DNA of 64,000 bases from Dimorphilus gyrociliatus (lineage: Eukaryota > Animalia > Annelida). The stretch lies in NCBI GenBank assembly GCA_904063045.1, contig CAJFCJ010000023.1, positions 248,001 to 312,000 on the forward strand. Direction: 5' to 3'. Position 1 is the first letter of the stretch. The number at the start of each line of letters is the position of its first letter. Under the pieces are notes generated by a model. That model had not been told where the DNA came from. It saw only the letters and a program-made list of their open reading frames with translations, and did no database searches. The position numbers and the translations under genes are program-made. Below, piece by piece: positions 36,101 to 48,304 of the stretch.

Positions 36101-36525
36101 GGGTAGTTTTAAAGATGATAACCATCTGAACAATATCCTAACTTTTTTAAGTTCATCAAAACAAACTTTTGTTAAATATTTAACAAGATTCTCTTCTGAT
36201 TTCTCCAAAATATCTTTATCTGTTGTAGAAACTGCAATATTATCAATAACGTCGAAACAGCAGTCTTTTAACACGTCGGTTTTCTTTACTTTTAAAGGGA
36301 ACGGCTGATCTTTATAAATCTATAACAAGGGGGGAAAAAACAATATCTCGTAACGTAAACAGTTAAATAGGAAGAGGAACAAAAATGTTAACAAACATTA
36401 TCTGGATAAATGGTGGCCCATTCTTCATTGGCAATTCGTAGTTTCATATTATCCGGAAATCCCATTAACTCAAATAATGAAGCTTCTCTATCATCGCCCT
36501 GATTTGTTGATTGTTCACTAGCCAT
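33111..36525 (-). CDS. Hillarin/kyphoscoliosis-peptidase (KY)-like protein: transglutaminase-like fold, repeated Ig-like segments, low-complexity linker, C-terminal dynein-stalk MTBD-like domain; 991 aa, 7 exons
   Basis: Exons 36525-36397 (MASEQ...), 36319-35997, 35916-34379, 34287-34118, 34057-33941, 33883-33706 and 33631-33111; all GT-AG and phase-consistent (2976 nt). Motifs DYSTVFQRLCSLANLKCFICEG, RWNVVRIKDNWYLCNPQF and YYFLTNPEELIYTHLPDNPKFQLL are hillarin/KY-type. C-terminal ISEIRKYRQPPEIVHAVMKSTLLILG...W...VKRTSAGVAAFYVW is MTBD-like. Confidence 0.92.
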
Positions 36526-37874
36526 AATACCCTTTGAATAATTCAATAAAAGATTATTGAAGTTTGAGTGAAAATGCTCAATTTGTTCTTTTTATCTATC
36601 GTTTAAAGTGGTTAGATATAAGCGATAAAAGATATCTCTTTAATATATTTTTAATATTATATTAAGCAGATTCTTACAAACATATCACAGTAGCAATGAT
36701 ATATGTTTAGTAGGGTAGTTGAACAACGCAAAGAGAGGAGATGGAAAGACATATATAGACGAGGAAAGAAGAAAATGAGATCAGGTTTAATATGGTTTAT
36801 TTAATGTTAATAAGGTAGGAAATGGGAAGATATGAAAACGTATTTTACGTTTGAGTAAAGAGGGCTTTATACCTTTATATGGTATTCTCAAAATATTTGC
36901 AGTATCTACCGTTAATAGTAAAAGATTTTTTTTTATATTCCAACTCCTTAAACGTAAAGAATAATCTCTAAAAAAAGATCCCAAACTAGTAAATTAACAA
37001 GTGCCTTAATCGTTTCTTCCTTGTAGGATGTCTTTGTACTTTCATAGATAAATACATGATCTTATTGACTTGAGAAGACAGAATAACGTAAACATGTCTA
37101 GTTTACCTTTGCGCTTATTGATTTTTAAACGAAAAATGATAAAGGGAAAATGGAAACTGGTAAAGAATTTACATAAATTTTAGGTTTATTATCATAATAG
37201 AAAAAGTTGGTTTACTTACGGAAATTGAATAAATGTTATCTTGAATAGTTGAAGAATTAAAAGTTAATAATTCATTCCTACTTCTCCAACTAAGCACGTG
37301 TCAAACTGAAAAAATTTCATGGGAATTGGAAAGGAAATTGCGATTGTGAGCGTAGATTTCAGACTTTGTGTACTCTTGGATTTATGTAATGTTAGATTGC
37401 GAATGGTTGACGCAAACCTTCTCTGAGCCCGCGATAGGTTTAGTTCTTACGTAAAAGAAAAAGTTAAAGCGTTAATTCTTTGATGTCGAGTGAAAGTTTT
37501 TCTTGTTGAGAACAAAAGATTGTACTTTTTAACTCAATTGACACTTTTTCTCCTATTGAATTAACTAGTCCTACCTATTTTCATCAGTCGAGTCAATACA
37601 ATTCTATAGTTAGTATATATCGTTAATATTACTGCTTTAAGCTTAATTTTATGATTTTAAATTGAATAAAAACCGATAAAATAGTATTTTATACTTTCCG
37701 CTATCTTCTTATCTATAGGCTAAATGAAGTTTGAAGTTTCCCACAGAAAAATGTTAATATACCTCAACTTGAAGATCTGAATAGCGAATCCATGCGTAGA
37801 CCTATGTATATATATATTTTAAGGAATATCGTCCTATACATTCACTTCCCAAACTCGTGGGAGACAATACTATT

Positions 37875-37886
37875 TGACCTTTGACC
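37875..37886. promoter_or_regulatory. DR1-type nuclear-receptor motif (TGACCTTTGACC)
   Basis: Exact TGACCT-T-TGACC(G) about 1.35 kb upstream of the hillarin-like ATG. Sequence match only. Confidence 0.2.
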
Positions 37887-40800
37887 GTGTTATACGAAAG
37901 CGAAAAAGGCCATAAACTTTTTTATTCGCTTACAACTATTAACCTTATTTTTTTGGCAATTAGAATAATCATTCTATATCCTATAATCCATTCTTTCGCT
38001 TATTATCCTAAATATAGATATCCTATTCAATAATATCATATTTTACAACGCTCTTTTACTTTTCTTTCTTTCTCTATCTTCTGGCGTTTCCACCTTTCCT
38101 TTCTTCTAATTGAATTGAGAGGTTACCGTATTCCTTAATTAGGTGCTTGTCGCTGAACAATTGCCCTTCTATATTCAAGACTGTATTCTTAACTAAGACT
38201 ATTCTTAGCTCCCAGAATTGACAATTCCACTACGGTGTACAACGTTTCATATAATAAAATGTATCAATTCTTTCAAACTGTTTAATACACAATGATAACA
38301 ATTCCGTACAGGGCATTCAGATCACTTTTAACAATTTTGCATATCAATTATCCCGGTCTTTTGAAAACTATTCAGAAATTCTTTACCCTGCTTGATCTCA
38401 TTTGTTAGAATATTCGCTCTGGCCTTCTGGGATTTGAAATTGCAAGGTCTTTTGGGAGCATCATAGTTCTTATACTGACTTGATCACTTTGAGAAAAATG
38501 TGAAAAAGACTGGTAAAGTTAAATTATCCCATCAGAATATTAGGTATTATATATAGGAATTTTGTAAAATATTAACTCAGCTCTTTGATTGGAGGAGATT
38601 TGTTCATTTTGGTTTTAACATACATTTTGTATCCTTGTCTTGTAAGGTCTTAAAAGGTTTACTATTTTAAACGTACAAACGACGTTAACTATACAATACT
38701 TATAATCACTAGTTTAAAAATAGTAACTTTAAATAATTTATTCTTTCACTAATAGCCTCTCTATGACTTCTTAAATTAAGAAAGGCCAGAAAGTTCTATT
38801 TCAGGTCTTAGCCTTACTGGTAATTCTAGTATCTTGAAAATTTCAATACAAGGAATTGATTGAAAAATTACGGTGCACAACGTTTCATATACTGTCTATA
38901 TGAAAATATAAATTGCACCTATTGCATTAATCGCTTTTACATCCGATCCCAGAATGTAAGGGGGAGAGTGAAAAAAAAGCCTCTTATTCTATAAATACAA
39001 TTATTGTTAATGAAGCAAAGTGATGTAAAAATTGTTTACTTGGTTACTTTTAGTAAATTAATTGTAGCTTTTCGTCCATAATGTTTTGACCTATTGGAAA
39101 GCAAGGATTCTATTTTCCCTTATTGGGAATTATCGTTAGTATTATCTATTAGTATTTTGTATAGAAATATATGTTTCTTTTTTTTTTCATGAGTGAAATA
39201 TCGTTCAGTTTCATTTTTCTTCTAAATGTTAGATAAAAGACTACTAAAATCAATGCTTTCGTGTATATTTGACACTCTATCCATTTCTTGGCTTACTTTT
39301 CCTGTCCATCACGGAACATTTTCTATAGGTTCGACGTATTTTCTTATTTACTTTTACGCTATAGACACGTCTTCAAAACTTCCGTTAGTCGTCTGGAAGG
39401 ATTACAACAAACGAACGATAAACAAACAAACGTGCATAGATGTATCCCGTTTTAAGTTGACCAAACCCTCTTTACATGCCTTTCTGAAAGAAATTAAATG
39501 AATTTGTTGAATTTTAAAGTAAAGTACAGTGTTTGGTATAAATTTAGAAATTAACGGATTATACCTTTCTCCTCTCTTCTTTTCGTACAAGCAATATACC
39601 AATGTACAGTATAAGTATACAAACACCTACAAACACGCATTTTCCCTCTCTCTTTCACTCTCTCTTGATTAAATTTAGTTTTGTAATTGCTGTGAATCTT
39701 CTTCAAAATCAAAATATCTCCGTATTTCTTATATAGGTTCTAGTTGAAATAAATTCCTATTAGAAAGAGATTGAGAAAGAAGTGATCTACTTTCCTCTTC
39801 TGTACTATATTCCGATGAACTATTAAGTCTTTTTGTAATAATCTACCAATAGATTTCATCGCATGTTTTGATTCATTCAACCTATTATTACTATTTGTCT
39901 ATGCATTGTTAGATTTTGAATCCTATTGAATTTTAATTCTCAAGCTAAGCTTTTCATGCTTCGGTATGACTGTAATTATTTCAAATTCTCTTTTCCTTTC
40001 TCTCTTTATACGATATATTTCATTATTTCGAAATGTTCCTTTTTATATTTAAATATTAAAGAAGTGTTTTATTTCACTTCTGCGTGGAGCTGCTTCCTTA
40101 TCCTTTTCACTATTTGCATATTATAGAAATTTCTTTTTATTTTCCAAAGTTTCCACCTTCGATTAATACGATTCTCATCAAATCTCGTCTCCAGTTTTCA
40201 GTTGTAAGACTATTGAATATTCGTTTTATCCCATTCCTCTCACAATAAACTAAGTATAAGATTGAATTAATTATCATCAGCCTGAAGCTGATTTCTAGTG
40301 AATCGTTTTTCGCTAATATGACGAATATCACTACTATTGTTGAAATATGTATAAATGTGCCGAGAATCTTGTCTCAACCACCTTACTTTCCTACTTTTAA
40401 TGGTTTTTCTATTAGTATATTAGAAGTAAAAGCAGAGTTGATAGTTAGTTAGTTTTTGGCAACATTCTAGTCCATTACTCGTCCTGGATCGCTGCCTATC
40501 TTGAAATAGAGCCATATAAGATCGGAAGCTATACCCTTTCTCAGCCTTTTGACTATTAATGAGAAAGTTTTCTAAAATGTCATCTCTAGTAATGTAAAAA
40601 GAGAATTCTTTTGAAATTGATATCAATTAATAACAGTCATTATTTCCTACAACAAATTTAATTTTACTTGAAGTTTACTAAGAACCTAATAAAATTAATT
40701 AGGAAATTTGGCTACATATGATGAAAATATCCTTGTAAGTATAAACCAGACAATTGTAAAGTATTCTCTATTTTCCCATTTCATTGTTTTCTTTTTTGAA

Positions 40801-43800
40801 ATTCAAATTGAAGAATATTCATTGATTTACTTACAAAATGACAAAATACTATTTCAATTATCGAAGAGGACCTATTTTCTCTATATGAATATTAATATAA
40901 AAGCAGCTTTTAGGTGAAAATTGTTATGATTTTAATCGATATTATGAATTAATCAATTGATTTTTTATTATGGAATGTATTTGAATTCTTTATTTCTTAA
41001 TATATCTTTAATGGAAAAGTATTTAAGCTTATCTCAAAATGAACAAACTTTACAGAGTAGAATAGGGAACCCAATAACTTTTCGTCTGCTTTAGAGGAGG
41101 GTTTAGGTTGCTCAAAAATTCTAAATATATCTACAATTTGTTGCAGTAAAAGTTACAATTCTGTATGAGTTTTTTTGCCTAAATGTAATTTTGGAAAAGG
41201 AATACATTTATATCAAATGAACAATGTTTTCCTTCTTAGCTATAATTTTGATATTTGAAAATTTCCTATAATCTCTTATTCGTCAGAAATGATATTATTA
41301 TAATAAAAGAATTTTGTAAATTTTAACACAGTGGTAAGAATATTAAAACTATTTAAAAAGTTCATTTATTCTACAGTAATCATAATTTGTTCATTGTGAA
41401 GACGTTTTCCTTTATGACTAGTGTTTAATCAAGTCTTCCAAGGAATCATTAATGTTCTGCTTCTAAATTTATATTAAAAGTTGTAGAACTATTAGAATCA
41501 TGATCAGAAGACATTAAAAGTAACAATATGTTGACTAAACCATCTTAATATATATGCATTACTCGTCAATTATTATTCTGAATAAGATAATAAATTATTT
41601 TAGTATAAGGTACCTAGTTATCGTTACAGACAGTGTGGGATATATGGAATAATTAACATTTTATACGAAATGCATCCCATATTTTCCTCCCCAGCAGACA
41701 AAAAACTAAAGGGTTACCTGTTCTATGATGTCAACTAAAATTTGAATAAAAATGATGAGTTGCGCAACGAGAATTCTAACTAGTAAACATTCTATTAAAA
41801 GATGCTTTTTTATAGAAGATAAACACGACAGTTATCTTTAATAAACCCTTAATTTTCAGGTAGATGGGCTATAAATTCTTTAGGAATTTCATCAAGTTGT
41901 TAAGGATTTTGAAAAGACCTTATAATACCAGCTAATTACTATATTTTAACTGAAAAAGTATAATATAGTATATTATTATGGCATAAAGTCACTATAGATC
42001 ATTATTGAAGGTGAATTGCTCTTTTTGGAAGAAAGGACTAAAAGGCAAAAAGAAAAATGTATTTATGTTTTAGAAATGTATGTATTTAAACAAAATTAAT
42101 GGGGAGGGGGCAGGAAAGAGAGTATTATAGTTAGGCTAACCAAGAGCAAGAGCCTGAGTTGTCAAGTTAGTTAAGGTTCGTTTGGCAAATAGAAATCGTA
42201 AAGTAATTGAAATAGTACAGTGGAAAGAAGAACTAAAGACGTCTTGAATTCAAATTTGAAGTAATATCTTTAAATGAAACTAAAAGGATGAAAGAAAGCT
42301 TAAAAGTTGACAGTTTACTTAAATCTATTATAAATAAGCTTCAGAGTTCTAATGTATATATAAACGCTTATATAATAGAAAATCTCTACTTAGAGTAACT
42401 GCCAATGACTTTTTAATAGTAATTGTATGGTTTACATTTTAATTAGTAAATAATTTATGTAACTTTTATAATAAATTAAATTGATAACATAAAAACTTCA
42501 AATGGTCATATTTAATAAACAAAACAACAAATATAGAGCAGTTTGTTTTATATACAAAAGAGAGAGAGAGAGACAGAAAGAGAGACAGAGAGATAGAGAG
42601 ACAGAAAGAGAGAAAGAAAAATAATAAGAGTAGGTATATTGTAAAGAAACATAATAATCATTATTATTCCCCTACATCCAATTAACACAGTTTATCTCTT
42701 ATCAAGCAGTTTCTTTGAAATTTTAAAGAAAATGATTATATTTTAATTATTACAATAGAGAATATTTAGTTTATGGGACTGTGAAATGAACGACCAAGAG
42801 ATAATTTTACTTTTATTCATGGTGGAATATAGTTTAAATTTTATTATTTAAGTAATAAAATTAAGAAGAAAAACGGAGGAAAACAAGTAGAAAAGTTAAT
42901 AAGACAAATGATAAATTGAGTTTATATAATTTTCAATAAAAGTTCAACCAAACTAATAATTCTTTATTAATAGATGAACGTTCTATTTGCTCTTTTTAAG
43001 CTTTGTGTAGTAGAAGTATATATCTCTATAAAACAGAATAAACTAGTGGAAAAGAGTACAGTATTGCTGCAAATGTTATGCTTAAGTTTGCCCTTTGTAA
43101 GAACGGAAACTGCCATTGGCTGACTATTCTAAAATAAATTACAATGTATGCAAAAACGAAATACTCCAACAATTCACTTTTAGTTACGGTCCTTCTTCAT
43201 GCGTCAGGTTTGTACAGTTTTTCTAGTTGAATAAACTTTCTTTATATATTAAGTCGACTTTTTAGAACAAAACAAAAAGGATATTTTTTATTAACTAAAA
43301 GGAAAAGGAAATTAAGAGAGAGAATTTAAAAATAACTTTAAATTATTAAAAGAAAATCATCTTAACGAAGGCTATATCAATAAAATATGCGAAATGATTT
43401 AAATACTCGAATATCTCTTAGAGAGAAATAATAAAAAGTTATAGTTGGTTAACAGAATAATGATTAGACTATATCAACATAAAAAGTGCAAAGTATCGCA
43501 TAAAAGATTCAGATTATTGCGTTATTAATTATTATATTAGATCCGTATTGGATAAATTAATTTATTAACTAAAGCTAGTCATAAAAAATGGAAATAACTT
43601 GAAAAAGAGTCAAATACTTAAAGGCCAAGTTATTTTTAAATATATAGTATTATTTCGTGCTTTTACAATTGGCTTTTCTTTTACCTTACTACAAGATGAT
43701 TATTGTTTAATAGTTTTACCAATTTTTTATTATAAAATCAAACCAATAATACAAGTTTATACAATCAAAAATTTACGGGAACAAAATCTATAGAAAAGGA

Positions 43801-44614
43801 TCGATTTAGTAGGAGTATGGCAAAAGAAAAGACAGATAGAGAGAATGGAAGAGAGGAAAAGAAAGACAGAGACAGAGGGAAGACAGGAAAGAGAGAAATT
43901 AGGAAAAAATGAAGCAAATAGGCGGAGAAAGAAAGGAAAAAATGAAAAAATAACAGTTAATAGTAAAAGAGTTGTGGAAATGATTAAATGATAAAAAGTT
44001 TGTGTACGTTTTATTCATAATAGGAAAAGGTAAATTAGGGAAAAATTTCAAGCTGGGAAATAATTAAAGTTACATAAAAAGTTACCTAGCCTGTATAAAA
44101 CACAACGTCCGGATGCTGTTAATGTACATGAGAAAGTAAAAAGGAGTTTTGTATATTTGTCAATTTCCGCTCTGTAGGTGGCTAAAACATGGAAAAAAAT
44201 AGTATTTCTTCACATCACTTTGCTATATAATTATTTCAGTTTCACAAATAGTAAAATACTATTTAACATTTGTTTAGATCTATTGCCTCATTTAATGATA
44301 CTAGTTAAAGACATAACGCCCCCTCCACCCCTCATAAAACAAGCTACAAAGTGTCCCCGTTTTAAGAGCAAGTGATGGTGATTTATCTTATTCTCCTCTA
44401 ATCAAAAATTAAAAGAAATATTTACATTGAATGTTTTAATTGAACAATTAACAGAAGTAAATGAAAGGAGAGATACACTGATAAGGTTAAATTTTTTAAC
44501 CTGCTAAGCCCCACATAATTTTGAATTAAATGCATTTTTTTAATTGCAGTTTGCTTATTTTTTTTTTGATTTTTTCCTATTTTCTTTTCTTTTTCCTTGG
44601 AAGAATAGATAATA

Positions 44615-44887
44615 ATGAAGAGCTTTAGTTGCGGTTACCTTCTTATTATTATGTTGTCCATAATTACGTGGGCTGAATCGCATCCTTTGGATACATTACA
44701 TGTATTGAATAGAGAATTGGAGAGCGCTAAACTACGTTTGGAAAATACTATGAAGGATATTGAGAAACGGGATAGTAACGACAAAGATTATGGCTGGGGA
44801 GGCGGTAGATGGGGTAAAAGATCGGCTGAAAAAGTGTATAGATACGAAAGAGACGTCGATCACGTACAGCCAGCTATCGATGATTAA
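44615..44887 (+). CDS. CCK: Cholecystokinin/sulfakinin-type neuropeptide precursor (90 aa)
   Basis: Signal peptide MKSFSCGYLLIIMLSIITWAES, then KR-DSNDKDYGWGGGRW-GKR, giving an amidated peptide with a DY sulfation site. It matches the spiralian CCK/SK motif DY(G)xGGGR(F/W)amide. An acceptor-like tract just upstream of the ATG suggests a 5'UTR intron. Confidence 0.9.
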   Translation: MKSFSCGYLLIIMLSIITWAESHPLDTLHVLNRELESAKLRLENTMKDIEKRDSNDKDYGWGGGRWGKRSAEKVYRYERDVDHVQPAIDD

Positions 44888-46200
44888 TGTAGTCAGTTTC
44901 AATCTATAAACACCTCAGAACAAATATAAATATAAATAAGAATATAAATATAAATGTAAATGTTAAAGGAAACTTTACTGCTAAATGTTTTGTGATGATG
45001 ATGGTTATTGAAAAAATACAAAATTCAGCTTTTAGTATACTTATTTCTTATTTACAGTTTAGCTTTAGGTTTCCTTTAGAATTTTCCGTATAGTTTGGTT
45101 TATTGAAGGCGTGACGGTAACAAGGATGGAAGATGGACGAACGAATGTTGGATAGATATATAATAGGTAAACAAAGTAAAAGAGAAAAAAACAATACATA
45201 ATAGTTATTTTGAAGGTAGTTTGCCTTCTTATTTTTCTATCATGCAATCTAATCGTCCACAAATCAATAAAACACTCGACAGGATATAATTTCCACTACA
45301 ATGTCTATATGAAGATATAATTAATGAAATGACAGCCTTATTTTTATGCAAAACATTCTATATGTTCATTTTAAAACTTATTTGGCTCCATCTATAGTAG
45401 ACTAGAGACATATTTAGCGAGGGAATGAGAAACAAATCAAAGATTTGTTCGTAACTAGTCGAGTACTACCACAAAACCAGTCTGTAAAACATTGTATAAA
45501 ATTGTAAACTAAATTAGCAGTTGGGCAAATGATAAGAAAAGAATGAATGAGAAATTTCCCAACAGTATTACCAGTGAGGATATGGATAAAATGAGACTCT
45601 TTTTTAGTTTATTTAGCGTATAAATACAGCATTTTATGTATAATAGAAAGAAAACTGGAACTGTATATACTGATATACAGTATATCTATATATATACTGT
45701 ATACATATTTCAATAACTGATGATTAAAAACACCATATATATAAAACAAAATATACACATGAATATAAACGAGGGCATCAATGAAACGCTATAAGAAGAA
45801 AGTAGAACTGATAGCGAGGGTGTGAGAGAGAGAGAGAGAGATAAATATGCATGTATTTTGTTCTACTGTGTATTTGCGTGATAGCTGTCAGAAATGTGCG
45901 TGTTTATTGTATAAAAAAAATGGCACATTTAGCTCTTTTATATAGTTTAAGGGTTAGATTTATAACTGTTACATTGTTTCATATGGGAATTTCATAATTG
46001 TCAAAATGGCTGTTTACGACAAATAATAATCGATATATTGATTTTTTTCTCTCATATGAAATGATTAGGTATACAGTATAACATCAACAAATATACAAAA
46101 TTCGATCAATCAATTTATACACTTTAAATGTAATTGCTAAATATATAGATTCATACATTATGCAAATTATTTATTTGCAGTTTAGCTATGTATACTGTAT

Positions 46201-46323
<123 letters not shown>

Positions 46324-46806
46324 GCATATTATATGTTTTTATTATCATATTGGGGATAATGTATGGATTTATGCATAGTAATAGAAATTCAATTGTAGTA
46401 TGTATCGTAGTATTTATAATAATACTGTTCGACCTAGAAATAGCGTCCTTGAAGGAAAAAAACGCTGCTTTTATCGTGACGCCCCAGTGCAGTATGTTAA
46501 TGAGCAAGTTCATTTTGATGTGTAGGTGGAACGATTTGTATTTAGTGAACTTGATATCGCTAAAATACTATTTAAATTTGTTTATGTCTAGACTAAGGTT
46601 GTGATATTATTTAATACTGCAAAACGAAAAATAAAACTAGGTAAGTAACATTGCATAAAACAGGGAACAGAGGGAAAGCTGGTATACCAACACCCCTGAG
46701 AACGTCACGCAATTCTCCTGTCTTAAAGTGAGATCAGTCGGTGCAGCAGAAAACAGCTGAGCGTTCGATTTGCCAACAGAATTGAGAAATCAAAATAAAA
46801 GGTTGC

Positions 46807-48304
46807 ATGGCTGCTGAAATGACTGATAAAGACCCAGCAACTATATCTTTGTCTGGAGATGTTGAAAAGAAGCAGGCTAGTAAAGAATCTCTTCCAGAGA
46901 CGAGAGAAGTCAACATTCACCAACGAGATCCGGCTAATATTAACGATTATATAAAGGTGAGTGTCTAATTGTATTTTCTTAGGCCTACTTTGATGCATGC
47001 AAGAATAATTTAATGTGGTAATGAAAAACTCATTACACTTATAAACAGAGACTGAGAAAGGGTGTGCTAGAGAGAGATAGAGTGACAGAGAATATGAGAT
47101 GGGAGGCAAAGAGGGAAAAGGAGAGACAAAGAGAAAGAGGGAAAAGGAGGGAAAACGAGAGACAGACAAATATATAGATAGGCAGACAGAAGGCAGGCAA
47201 GCATGGATTGAGGGAGGGAGCGAGAAAAACAGATAGAGAGAGAGAGAGAGAGAAAGAGAGAGAAATAAATAAAGCGACGAAGGGAGAAAGAGAGAAAGAG
47301 AGAGAAAATCAATAGAACGCGCTTATACATTATGCATGCATTTTCTGAAAAAATTGACTCAGCATCTGTTTTGCTTTTTTATGCCCTAATTCAAATATTT
47401 TTAATTTCGTTTTTATACAAATTATTTAGATGATCTTGAATAAAACTCGTAGCTGATTTATGGATGTTGTGTTTAAAATAATAAAAATAAATTAAGACTC
47501 CAGCTGCATCAATCTATTCTCATACAATCTATTCAATCAAACTATTAAACGTGTTTGCTCTCTTCCAGATTAAATTTCACGATGTCTTTGCCGAACCAGA
47601 TGAGGAAGTGTTCAGCTTTGATAAAATTTGGGAGCTATCCTTTAAGGTTTTATTCTTTTCTATTCAACTGAATTAAACACCTGAAATATTTAGGAAACAT
47701 ACCGGCATGCATACAGACAACAAATAAATAGAACAAAACACTGTATATAAATAAAATATCATATATGAATCGATGATTCCTAAACTCTCTTTTTTTTTGC
47801 CTTCTTTAATTAACAGGTTTTTACCCAAACTAAGATGTGGTGCTATAGGATCACATCGATTATTCTAGCATTACCCCTAACAGTCTGCTGGGCTTTATAC
47901 TTTGGTTGTTTGGCGTTCTGTAACATTTGGTGTTGTGTTCCTTTCATGAAGGTTCGTATTAAAATATACTATATACATATGAATAAATGAATAATAAGAG
48001 GGAAACGGAAGAACGAAAGGGAAGAACGAAAGAAAAAAAAATAAGAAGAGTAAAAATCTGGGAGGGGGGAGGGCAGTGGAAGGGCAATAATAGAATTAGA
48101 TGAGAAAGAGGCATTTAGCCGGGCTGTTTATCATTTAACGGTTTCGATTTAACTATTAATTTATTTCAGGGCCTTGATATAGAATGTATGTGTATACGAA
48201 AAATTTGGGGATTGTTTATCAACGTTTTTTGCGTCCCGCTATTTGACGCCTACGGGCGCTGCTGTTCGCGGATGAGAATGAACGTTCAGCTGGAAAAAGT
48301 CTAG
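46807..48304 (+). CDS. CAV: Caveolin (165 aa, 4 exons)
   Basis: Exons 46807-46956 (..RDPANINDYIK), 47569-47646 (IKFHDVFAEPDEEVFSFDKIWELSFK), 47817-47951 (VFTQTKMWCYRITSIILALPLTVCWALYFGCLAFCNIWCCVPFMK) and 48170-48304 (GLDIEC...QLEKV*). All introns are phase-0 GT-AG. Caveolin signature, scaffolding and intramembrane segments are present. Absent from the ORF track. Confidence 0.96.

Noticed and set aside
46723-47330. Minus-strand ORFs rich in S/L/F (also 56391-56891, 24297-24551, 16650-16877, 62892-63233)
   Set aside because: Produced by CT/GA tracts in introns or antisense to real exons. Only the exon portions listed under the genes are accepted.
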